DNA of 64,000 bases, from positions 1 through 64,000 of IMG/VR virus record IMGVR_UViG_3300042868_007692; one strand, written 5' to 3'. A program made the position numbers and the translations under genes. How positions within the stretch are numbered: position 1 is the first letter of the stretch; each line of letters opens with the position of its first letter. The DNA comes from a virus. Below the pieces are notes generated by a model that was not told the origin of the DNA, made no database searches, and was given only the letters and a program-made list of their open reading frames with translations. This document shows, piece by piece, positions 55,201 through 61,232 of this stretch.

Positions 55201-56522
55201 GTTCCTAAGCCTACTGCTCCAGGAATAACTTTTTCTATTAAACCAATCTTTAATCTTTTTTTAAGGCTATTCTTTAAAGTTTTTTTAATGACATTTTTAG
55301 TAACTTGTTGCATTCCTGTTTTTGCTAAACTCCCTGCTCCTCCTGTTAAAAAAGTAGACCCTATAAAAATTAAAGAAGACCCTGTACCTTCTCCAGTTTT
55401 ATACCAAAAGGCATCTCTCTTACCTGTTTTTTCAACTACATCATTGAATTCAGCATAAGACCTTAAAAAGTCATTTTCTTCAGGAGTTCTCTCTTGCTCT
55501 TTTTTATCAATGACTTTTAATAAAGACATATCTGTAAGCATTCCTTGTACTCCTAGAGTTCCTATGTTTCTCCAATCATTTTGAAGCCCTGACCAAGCAT
55601 TTCTTTTATTTGCATTGTAGTCTTCAAGTAACTCTAAAGATTTATTATGTTGAGTTAAAGTAGCTCTTTTTAAATCTCTTTTATACCTAACTTCTTTAGC
55701 CTGAGTTAATTTATTTTGTTGATCTATTTGTTCTGGAGTAAACTCATTTCCAAGTAGACTTGTTTTTTCTTTTTTAGGAGAAATTAAATCTGCAAAACTT
55801 TCTAATAAGTCATAACTAAATTTTTGAGAGGGAGTCAAATCATCAGAAGCATCTATACCAATAAGAGAATCATGCTCTTTACTTAAAGCATCAATCTCTT
55901 CTTTGCTTTTTAATACTAGCCCAGCTTTATACTCTTCATACCTTTTAAGAGAAGGAGCTTGAGTTTTGTTAACAACCTCTTTTAAATCTTTAATTTGAGA
56001 ATCTATTGCTGCAATTTGTTTTTGAGGAGAAGTTAACTCCTGTCCCATAATATTTTGTACTACAGGAGAAACAAAATCAGTTATATTAGAAACTATATCT
56101 GATATAAGTCCAGAAGCATACTTGTTTTTATTTAAGTTTGCTTTTTCTTTTTCTAATTGTAGTAACTTCTCTTCTTTAAATTTAAAGTCAAGAAACTTTT
56201 TATCATCTTTTACATCTAACTTAATAACTTCATCTAAAGAACCTTTTTCAGGATTAAGATAAAACTCTTCTTTTTGTTTTTTAAGTTCTAAAGCTGCATT
56301 TCTGGCAACAACTAATTTATCTAATTGTAAACTAGATTCAGACTGTTCATTTAAAACTTTATCAAATTGACCTGCAGGGGCTGAAGCAGCTTTACCTACT
56401 TGCTTCATAGAAGTAGTTGTACCTGGTTGAAACTTAGTCAACTCATTAGTCTTATACTCTTTTTGACTGTCAACTAACTTTGTAAATCTTTCTAAAGGAG
56501 TTAAATTTTTTTTTCCAGACAT
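43230..56522 (-). CDS. Giant virion-packaged DNA-dependent RNA polymerase (crAss-like), multidomain
   Basis: 4430 aa; catalytic loop KQKGLDFDVDK (DFDVD at 46719-46733), FRTPTS, STDAQ, PTMSDKS, TATDNEK; C-terminal HEVMH zincin-like motif. Confidence 0.88.
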   Translation of the reverse strand: MSGKKNLTPLERFTKLVDSQKEYKTNELTKFQPGTTTSMKQVGKAASAPAGQFDKVLNEQSESSLQLDKLVVARNAALELKKQKEEFYLNPEKGSLDEVIKLDVKDDKKFLDFKFKEEKLLQLEKEKANLNKNKYASGLISDIVSNITDFVSPVVQNIMGQELTSPQKQIAAIDSQIKDLKEVVNKTQAPSLKRYEEYKAGLVLKSKEEIDALSKEHDSLIGIDASDDLTPSQKFSYDLLESFADLISPKKEKTSLLGNEFTPEQIDQQNKLTQAKEVRYKRDLKRATLTQHNKSLELLEDYNANKRNAWSGLQNDWRNIGTLGVQGMLTDMSLLKVIDKKEQERTPEENDFLRSYAEFNDVVEKTGKRDAFWYKTGEGTGSSLIFIGSTFLTGGAGSLAKTGMQQVTKNVIKKTLKNSLKKRLKIGLIEKVIPGAVGLGTQAAVSPTTYASMLRQQVGDVRLVVDKDGSKKVVTNDAAYTQFMKEYDLKKSNLEYAISKLENKTNLSNQDKTQLEELNNYLSSLEGEKEMLRPKSWEESYLYGYTETVKEFGSEMYVGKLGNRLLNNKTTKGWISKLPFQKTRKFLSEIPKQGQNYVNNLGIGKLSSKALYHTGANKIYDGLPGEFIEELVVQATPTLRFENFTSQYLTQLEELANPDFYADVAGQTLLMSGHTTALGAVGNVANYKKRQEFYEERAAIRDMYKAIDNSMTDEDLAETVLMASGGTIFSQVDYDHKIQALREEGTPESLEAADTIEQKKFFNLAIKAIKTNTLDEFEKTLDKVIENKNTKFSEETALNILLAKGKISDLNKTYKKYGTRSNIDKIVDLAASKLNLGQSLEQLDKEILTQRELANQEYQDYLSTINVEASLMPVVSNPDTLLEIEPVDAEEAEKLEKFKQALDKAELPAVQTYVSLKAARNNIDSARKMTVKAFNEQVSPKYEETLQKIKNVQIQFSDSVRYIQENNLTDAGLEFDSTGEVILNDKFIDQAFVRLDTLGLSAQKVEEIKQKYKKIAKLQAKQKQTGSFDRIALLQETAKKVSEEKVKLINATENAIENENVQEATAEDITKHQTQLETVKQSLLHPIILDNEEIQDEYFDTLEIAAPVLLEEFNANQKVNPETIKELFNIESDITAETLSKFIENSLREDAVEEELPVTMGAISQSINEAQQQIEAVTKPNEVKKEGTPEVTKISAEAVVVSQDDFLDPLSLMPADTGAFNEEQVKIVGAVVKKVYGDMKKVSGQEPTFKDLLNYFIRFTTKEKAEESFDAYVLGWKVAGLAETNFEEIYDEVFEPLKNTVQEAQAHIDAIFKNVATKVSTAEEVVADGNEQLKITEKAQVKTVTFNDENVPVKSLNDRRITSLALRFGFNAIKYEEIEILDAQGKKTGTFVRQPVLTDTLNYEEGAIDYRELLDWDKYLPGSKVNVGMVPEAEWSNIRVYVGRDSENKPITKPYSEIFQEKLNANPDYRNSEDFINSVPVVAYNNEGQPVAYIHETSWYNPWNVADPNRKDNSVNPSSISSSHRQAIEESQNTISSFRKAVINQGVNKVTIKEKNNGAFYTIEKIKDAEGNFIELLSIKEANPQSVIVVQGNQNMLEVGMNKYFEDSTRVVINKEMINAKGARGKVWHLRRIGTDSEGRQTWQAFLTSNYKNIKEIGKTPAQELETVKWAWAAYSMFDTQVDKENKQVIQEIRNKFVVGGDYDVTEAQAKKIIKDIKDITGYNLMRYQDADAFFSLFFHPKTGNSRAEFGRQLYIASEKDFYLNVSRDGLDKNMQVPLIENGTVVNTNKTYQDFLKEKLTTGVRSFNIGTENNPKFVTSIQPTIVFEYTSEVEVVTPITAIAEINDVVKAETEEIKNKNFNVEQLLQEALKIQQELGFKPGVSFSALPATLEDVEALKDLFNLVPGLDISQEAHLIDFIYNYINTAIDLNPETKINKEQLLTSISNSYKDIVEPSKQKVQAILEKFAEIQEASEEVTAQKENLINILRVLTNIENHWNADSIKTVLEASGEAYTGQAGIIEKAMQEVTQTSDIKEKKDNLEEEEEEEDVTMKVKSFEDNASLTESGKNKTSYRLRRFMSGVKKLDLEGNVIKGFLGLPTYVNYNEVYDTLYQLLGSGVYIDSNYEMMKAKILEMKQAQPWVVELMERFDKADAQLRNELVVNYRKHAVNMKFTMYISTPEGSKLQVYDTNANEVSRVIMNSWKNNFKASPLVNVEAGEYLINKEKAEELLREYSSWKDKNFDVTDEAVQAWLENFGITLSKGYWNELKSIGFSYQNTFIPYALSFEGNNTPIGLLAEYLRKVQNQKNLNFEENSKAHPFNDMQTVIKTLAKADSKYSGKILSKNFRVAGKNISGITNPTFVTDRVDDLIKSISSGDRELIKNLKSISISSNSTLLELLENDPNFYKKLEANYLSLEALKEFGKASSNFAGITDLNNLDHDITKLGMFQDTQQGTIAHKVGDFTMRVARMFLPTMSDKSQMLTVATGAFNFMAESAIAFNRQEDGVTFTEDLRELLYQKLILPEMKRIANFHKNVKATDIKDYDNAAQLFNFFPVLNTLVDENGDRVVQHLVTGDIKATEILFKEALIDAVETTMHNLVTEKSEVWEEFKQKDKSGQTIKINVFDSKYLNSGKGNLDEKFEIAVYDYVLNSVLNNADMFTVIAGDPALYSQDKLFKEVDKPYFATNDTFYTTLSEKQGINIGKRLALLIAPGRTLAESANKTYKQIFLKDSVDITENAEYLISLFEGEEALNGTLFENASQTIKEALTEYKTANKTRQTVIRKALKDKFKDIEKLGDYFDIESTDAQEYTTLKEHLYILFHDGKLSESKYKDLTEKAIKGITLTKEELGIVLQPIKPVYTGQLFDKDEQGNIKNDVARTVYIKSSSFPLIPELTAGTKLENLRVSLEALEAKYDTTVRASYQTANKVGAKIDSQTIDPLDVESLKGIETAMLTLNRKDFRIQQDVPFKSDLKKEDKVAMGTQIFKLLFGDGMLNLSGFNYEDKSMTGKELYEKYNEVFTNLVENKKQSLFKELGLNSNGVPVSEKVTMQKLQNLLQKEAINRNYPIQDIKSLGLETQVDKEGNEYFDFKIPLWLTTNSDRFESLLNAIVTNRLMNHKIPGNSFVAGSENGFGFQENLSGVQESRVIYLDNYNGVELQGAGVNTDGSFRKAQVLAPSKFKNKEGKLVDLFAKSEGDFIYIEKRENGTWKLKEGMISPELLNQFSFRTPTSSHVSASSIEIVGILPPEVGDLMIVPKNFTKQKGLDFDVDKENVYQLNHIVDFKTGKIEVLNEKHKQKALARLKKLLEEENNIFKSEFGLASMEDFFTLLGSQLDEDTIKELQDQGSNIEKQIEIVTSKLDQKLLENEFIKIHTAVFNNPSKKVQGKINKVLSMDFARQQADLIQESIGTGKTFKETQMLAQEGESIKETEKALKSIVPTFTILSDEYQKKKMGLGSVGKMAIGIYSNYVTFHALTQQTSAPLRLLKSTEEGPENYSITIGKLSSEGVLGKERTLDGFRSIAEVFAERQNTATDNEKEQILGRVNVNGLTIGVDSLLTLLGFDKTTYTENGTTKNLSVAYALLSQPILKDYVEMMQKGKGLTAKYNPNLEQEVIEALENKYKTDSTQEDLKIDSSILTGDALMEGLTTNGSSPAVQLASLKLFLELNDYSKNLAKVQSVLFTGNLGKSIVESNIVHTSLSQFSENSKVANVSSLIGDFLPINTLSDVTGYVRIGDYYVKPQTPQGQIVVQGVYTSQTLWSDFFPYNDPGLQAVISEILNISEVDATNKFKNIEKTLSIIKEVKKYIYSWKGLGLYTEDTAVERKRLFISSASNTSLAEYLSKNTNEEAIVNNKLLNRFTYEVEVDGVSPSFVKYNNTISDNLEEKYLYNSLAELIIQDKPLPNWNGQPFSTKQLAQELITYAYLEGGVQEAIQFIKYIPVEYLSQVGVKTKDGFVSAATIMQRINVKRNPAIFTQLLGAPGENSVEKSIFIKQYFQHNPQEAKVFPDDVNKNNADTFILNEPESPKFITIRKSSKGKQGKLKQNKYQLYEHIGNNTYQRINVLGVHGMNEYQALVKSAKSIIENAPSKTVENQPAVTGVKTEFDTVFDPKLGTVQNDSSVSDTLKRIANSGKESSKRHKVLAEVLIPFASNTQVKIVDTKSIFGVTTSGAYLEGVIYIDQNTPLDKRERVFMHEVMHALTHRDLLKYYSKDKDGFYSVLSPSAPGHVVALHEVWQDFISKTDASLIEKAKQKTLDLRAKIPTLMTSEELEIGYPAVDILEFVAVAFESESFQKYLSTLKTDSGVNLLDKFVEAIKNTLAQLGIEIKAGTLAETSLNNVLNFIESETEIKKQNDIFATTDVDVSALEQEIADRALIEQEDTENAPSQDYSTDSELTPEVNLLPYSAKIASLNISEEEWNSLTSEEKQKIKECN

Positions 56523-56556
56523 GATAATTAATTTAGAATTGTAAAATTAGTAAAAT

Positions 56557-58578
56557 TTATTCAGAAAGTATCAGATCAGAAATAATATCTAAAGTATTTA
56601 CATCTTTTATATTAGAAGTTCTTCCATTTCCAACTACATCTCCTTTTTTATGTAAAAGAGTTTTTTTACCATTAATAGTTTGATAGTAGTCTTTACCATA
56701 ATAAGTAAGACCATTGCCTAGTGGAATAACAGCATTACTTTTACTTAACTTTCTTTCTGTTCTCATTCTTCTACCCTCTTGACTATTTAGAATTTCATTA
56801 ACAGGACCTGTTTCAATATTACTAATTCTTCCTATTACTTCTTTACCTTGTACATTAATTTTAATGCCATAATCCATTTTGTCTGAATCATTCATTGCCC
56901 AAATAGGAGTAACTCCTGATTTATCCGTATTAAAATTAACTATGTTAGTACCATCTGTATATACAAAAGTTTGCTTTCCTAATTCCCCTGTTTGAGAGCC
57001 TCCTGTTACAGGAGTCTTTTTATAAAAACCATATTTGACTAAATCATTCATAGATACCTGAGTTCCTCCTATGTCTCTAAAAGAAGTAACTCCATTTTGA
57101 ACTACTTTAATTTTAAAACCTGAAGGTAGTGTCATTTTTACATTCATGTGTAAACCATTATTAAAAACATGGTCAGCAACTTTTTGTTGTTGTTTAGTAG
57201 TTAACCCTGTTTTTTCCCAAGACATATTAGTATCTCTAGTGGTAATATAGTTAGAATCTAAATGTAAATTCCAAGCCTCTTGAGCTTTAGGGTCAGTACT
57301 ATTAGCATCAAAACCAGTCTCTCTTTTAAAGTCAGCTTTTGTAGCTTGTAACACTTTATTTTTATAAGAAGCATCTTGGTACTGTTGATAAATTTCTTTA
57401 CCTGCTGCAGTATTTTTTACTGCACTAAAGTCTCCTTTTTCAATAGCTTTTATAAGAGAAGCATTATCAGGATTTTTTATAAACTCACTGTAACTAGAAG
57501 CTCCACTTTGGTCTACAAGTAATTGAATAGCTTGAACTTTAGATTGTTTAATACCTGCATAAGCTTTTTCTAAATTTGCATTGAAAGTTTTAGAATCTTT
57601 ACCTGCATAAGCAGTGTAAGTTGCTCCCTCTTTTCCTCCTTCTAAGGTAGCTCCTACATATACAGTCTCCATTTTATCCATTTCTTTAGCAGCTCCAACT
57701 GTGTTCATTATCTTTCCTCCTCCAATAGAAGTTTCTTTTCCTCCATATTTTTGTTGAAGTAAATTTAAACTGCTACCAAAAAATGAACCTGCCTCAGTAT
57801 TTAATCCTTCAGGAGTAATACTATTTTCATAACCATACATATCATATTTTTGTCTTTGAGCTATCCCTTGTAAGTAATTTGGAGTAGTCTCTAAAAAGTT
57901 TTTATACATTGATTGAAGTTGGTCAGGAGTAAAGAATTTTTCACTACTATTACTTTTTACTCTCCATCCTCCTCTATCATTATCCCAACTCGTAGAATGA
58001 TTAACTCCTGGAACTGCTCCTTTCATTATATCTTCTAAAACTATTAATGTGTCTTTAACTCCAATAGTTTCTTCTGTTTGAAAAGTATTAAAAACCCCAG
58101 GAGACTTATAATCTACTCCTGAGTATTCTTGCATCTTAGTTGCTTTTATTTTATCAAACAAACCTGGAGCATAAAGATTAGGATCTTTTTTAATTTTTTC
58201 TTCTTCTGCTGTTACCCAATCATCATAAAGTTTTTTATTATGTTGCATGCTAGCTACTTTACCTAAAGACCAATCTTCATTAATTCTTTTCTTTAAACTG
58301 TAAAGAGTAGTCTTATCATAACTCATAACATTATTTAAAATAGAGTTTACACTAGTATCTATTTCATCTTCATATTGTTTAATAAGTTTTTGTAATTCTG
58401 GTTTGTCAGGATCTAAAACTTGAGCTTTAAGAGTTTCTCCTAAAGCTGTTCTTGCATCTATATCTCCTTGAATTTCTTGGTCTTTTTTTGCTATAGCTCC
58501 AGCCATTAATTCATAGGGAGCTTGGTACATTGCATTGTCTAAAAAAGTGGCTTCTGTACCTTTGTAAAATTGTCCCAT
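56557..58578 (-). CDS. Virion cargo/ejection protein
   Basis: 673 aa, no Cys seen, directly upstream of the RNAP gene. Confidence 0.65.
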   Translation of the reverse strand: MGQFYKGTEATFLDNAMYQAPYELMAGAIAKKDQEIQGDIDARTALGETLKAQVLDPDKPELQKLIKQYEDEIDTSVNSILNNVMSYDKTTLYSLKKRINEDWSLGKVASMQHNKKLYDDWVTAEEEKIKKDPNLYAPGLFDKIKATKMQEYSGVDYKSPGVFNTFQTEETIGVKDTLIVLEDIMKGAVPGVNHSTSWDNDRGGWRVKSNSSEKFFTPDQLQSMYKNFLETTPNYLQGIAQRQKYDMYGYENSITPEGLNTEAGSFFGSSLNLLQQKYGGKETSIGGGKIMNTVGAAKEMDKMETVYVGATLEGGKEGATYTAYAGKDSKTFNANLEKAYAGIKQSKVQAIQLLVDQSGASSYSEFIKNPDNASLIKAIEKGDFSAVKNTAAGKEIYQQYQDASYKNKVLQATKADFKRETGFDANSTDPKAQEAWNLHLDSNYITTRDTNMSWEKTGLTTKQQQKVADHVFNNGLHMNVKMTLPSGFKIKVVQNGVTSFRDIGGTQVSMNDLVKYGFYKKTPVTGGSQTGELGKQTFVYTDGTNIVNFNTDKSGVTPIWAMNDSDKMDYGIKINVQGKEVIGRISNIETGPVNEILNSQEGRRMRTERKLSKSNAVIPLGNGLTYYGKDYYQTINGKKTLLHKKGDVVGNGRTSNIKDVNTLDIISDLILSE

Positions 58579-58580
58579 GA

Positions 58581-61205
58581 TTATTGCTTATTAGTTTTTA
58601 ATTGTTTTAATAACTCATTGATTTGTCCTTGAGTTAACTTCATTTTTTTACCTGTTGCAGGGTCTGTAAAATCTATGGTCTTAGCTGAAAGATCTCCATT
58701 ATTTTCTCCTTGTACATAAGTACCAGAGTTTTTAACTAAATTCCATTTAGCTTTATTAGATTTCATATCATTAAAATCTGCTCCAGCCTGCATAAGACCT
58801 TCAGCAAATTGATTTCTTCCTAATCCTAAAGCAGTGTAGTAAGCATCCTTAGCAGCTTCATTAGCAATAGCAGCATCATACTCTCCTTTACCTTTAAGTT
58901 GGTCTGCATTCATAGCCACTCCTGATTTTTGTACATCTATCTGAGATAGTTGTCCTGCAGCATTAGCACTGATTTCTGCAATCTGTTGATTTAAAGCTGT
59001 ATCATAAAGCCAATCCATAGCTCTCATTTGGTTTACTCCTCTAGCACTTCCTCTAGCACCTTTCTTACCTCCTCTACTTGTAGTAGAAGCTTTAATAATA
59101 GCTTGAGCTTTTTGACCTTCTATAGAAGCTTTAGCATTATCAAGTAATTTTTGAGACTCTTTTCCAGCATTTTTATAAACATTAGTATGAGTTACATCAG
59201 TACTTCTCTGTTCAGCAGCATTCTTCATACCTGCTGTCATCCCTAGATAATTACCAATAAGTTTAGTCATATCTCCTGTAGTAGGCATATTATCTCCTAA
59301 TGCTTTCATAAACTTATTTTCTCCTGGAGTTTTCATCTCACCTGTAAAATGTTCAGGAGTATCTCCTTTAAATTTACCAAATTGTCTAGGAGAAGTTTGA
59401 GTGTTGCCAGTATTTTCTAAAGGAACAAAAGTTGAAATAAAATCTCCAGCTCCATAATCTTTAGCTATCTCTGGTTTTTCTCCAAAGTTATTTGCCATAC
59501 TCAGTACTGGAGAAGGCTCTAGATTTTTCATATAATCAGGAGCTGTAGGCTTTGGAGTAGCCATTGCATATTTTTTATTTATACTTTTACTAGTTCCTAT
59601 TACTCCTGGAGTTTGTAGCATAGAAGCTATATCTACAATAGGGTTTCCAAATTCATCATATTGAATTTCTCCTACTGTACCACCATTAGCCATTTTTTGA
59701 ATACCTTCTACACCTGTACCAAAAGCTTTAACCATAGTATCAGCCATAGCTTGCATATTATTTACTTGCTCTTGGAATTGTAAGTCACTAGCTTCTTCTT
59801 TTTGAACAGCTTCCATTCTTCTTTTCAAAGCATTCTTAGTAGCAACATCTACTAACTTATCAGAAGCAGCTTTTTCAAGATTAGCTATTTTTCTTTCTCT
59901 GGCTTCTTTTCTTTCAGCTAAAGTTTTACCTCCTACTTTTAATCTGTCTGAATATACTTTAGTCCCCTCTTCTACATCTTGTCCTACTTCTAATGGAATA
60001 CCTCCTTGTTCATGGCTAGGGCCTTCAAATTCTCCTACTTCTCCTTGTGGAGTTTCATACATTTCTCCTCCTTCTACTTCTACATCTTCTTGAACATCAT
60101 TCATTCCCATAGCTGCAGTAGCTCCTGCCATAACTCCTTTAGCACCTGAAGGATTTGGAGTAGTCCCTCCTCCTTTTCCTCCTCCTGTAAAGCTACCTGC
60201 CATGCCTATACCTTGTTGCATAAGTCCTCCAACCATAGCTGTAATAGGTAACCAAGGATTTGACAAAGCTTCAGATTCAGCTTTAGCTAACATGATATTG
60301 TAATCATTCATAGCTTCAGCAGGAGAGATTATATAGTTATTAGGATCCATGCCATTAGAGTTAGTTCCATTAGCATATTTTTTTCTAGGGTTCATTTTTG
60401 ATTTCATAATTCCTTGGGAGTTAGTGCCATAAGCTAATTGTTGTTCTTTCCACTTTTTAAGTTGGATAGAGTTAGTTATAGGAGTGTAAGAAGTGTTAGA
60501 CTCTGTACCTGGTTTTTCTACTTTACCATGTTTAGGATTTGTGTTATAGTAAATTACTTTTTTAGGTACAGGTTGATATTCTTTTTCTTCTTGTTTCTGT
60601 AAGATAGGATCTATTACTTGATTTTGTGTAGCTCCTGCTACATCACTTAAAGTATTGATAGTATTTAAAGTTGCTGCTGTTGTATTAATAGCATCTTGTT
60701 TTGCAGGAGCTTTTGCTGTAATTTTTTCAACTATTTTAGCAGTACCTTTTTCAACTCCTTTAATCCCTTTTTCAAAAGTTTTTGCTCCTTCTCCAACAAC
60801 AATAGAAGCTGCTGCTATAGGATTAGCTTTACCTCCTTTACTTACTTTTTGAGCTGCTTTACCAAAAGTAGTCCCTTCTTTTAAAATTGTAGGTACTACT
60901 TTTTCAGTTTTTGCTACAACTTTGTTTACTTTATTTAAAGCTTTAATATACTTATTTGCTGTTCTTACCCCTTTAATAGCTTTACCTGCTTTTCCTATAA
61001 TAGGTAAAGCTCCTAAAACTTCTAACCCAGTTTCTAAAGAAAGTAATCCATTCTTTTTGTAACTTCTATAAACATCATCATAAGATGAGATTCCTGTAGG
61101 ATCAAAGATTTCAAAAATATCTTCAGCCAAAGAATCTTTTGAAGAAGTCTTTTTATACTTCTTAGCAGGGTTAGGTTTCTTATTAGATTTTTTAGGTGGT
61201 AACAT
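58581..61205 (-). CDS. Virion structural/cargo protein
   Basis: 874 aa; VEVEGGE..GPSHEQGGIP..YSDRLK motif, recurrent A-x-G-[GT] motifs, Ala/Gln-rich helical C-terminus. Confidence 0.7.
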   Translation of the reverse strand: MLPPKKSNKKPNPAKKYKKTSSKDSLAEDIFEIFDPTGISSYDDVYRSYKKNGLLSLETGLEVLGALPIIGKAGKAIKGVRTANKYIKALNKVNKVVAKTEKVVPTILKEGTTFGKAAQKVSKGGKANPIAAASIVVGEGAKTFEKGIKGVEKGTAKIVEKITAKAPAKQDAINTTAATLNTINTLSDVAGATQNQVIDPILQKQEEKEYQPVPKKVIYYNTNPKHGKVEKPGTESNTSYTPITNSIQLKKWKEQQLAYGTNSQGIMKSKMNPRKKYANGTNSNGMDPNNYIISPAEAMNDYNIMLAKAESEALSNPWLPITAMVGGLMQQGIGMAGSFTGGGKGGGTTPNPSGAKGVMAGATAAMGMNDVQEDVEVEGGEMYETPQGEVGEFEGPSHEQGGIPLEVGQDVEEGTKVYSDRLKVGGKTLAERKEARERKIANLEKAASDKLVDVATKNALKRRMEAVQKEEASDLQFQEQVNNMQAMADTMVKAFGTGVEGIQKMANGGTVGEIQYDEFGNPIVDIASMLQTPGVIGTSKSINKKYAMATPKPTAPDYMKNLEPSPVLSMANNFGEKPEIAKDYGAGDFISTFVPLENTGNTQTSPRQFGKFKGDTPEHFTGEMKTPGENKFMKALGDNMPTTGDMTKLIGNYLGMTAGMKNAAEQRSTDVTHTNVYKNAGKESQKLLDNAKASIEGQKAQAIIKASTTSRGGKKGARGSARGVNQMRAMDWLYDTALNQQIAEISANAAGQLSQIDVQKSGVAMNADQLKGKGEYDAAIANEAAKDAYYTALGLGRNQFAEGLMQAGADFNDMKSNKAKWNLVKNSGTYVQGENNGDLSAKTIDFTDPATGKKMKLTQGQINELLKQLKTNKQ

Positions 61206-61232
61206 CTTGCTTTAATTTATTAAAGGTTAAAC

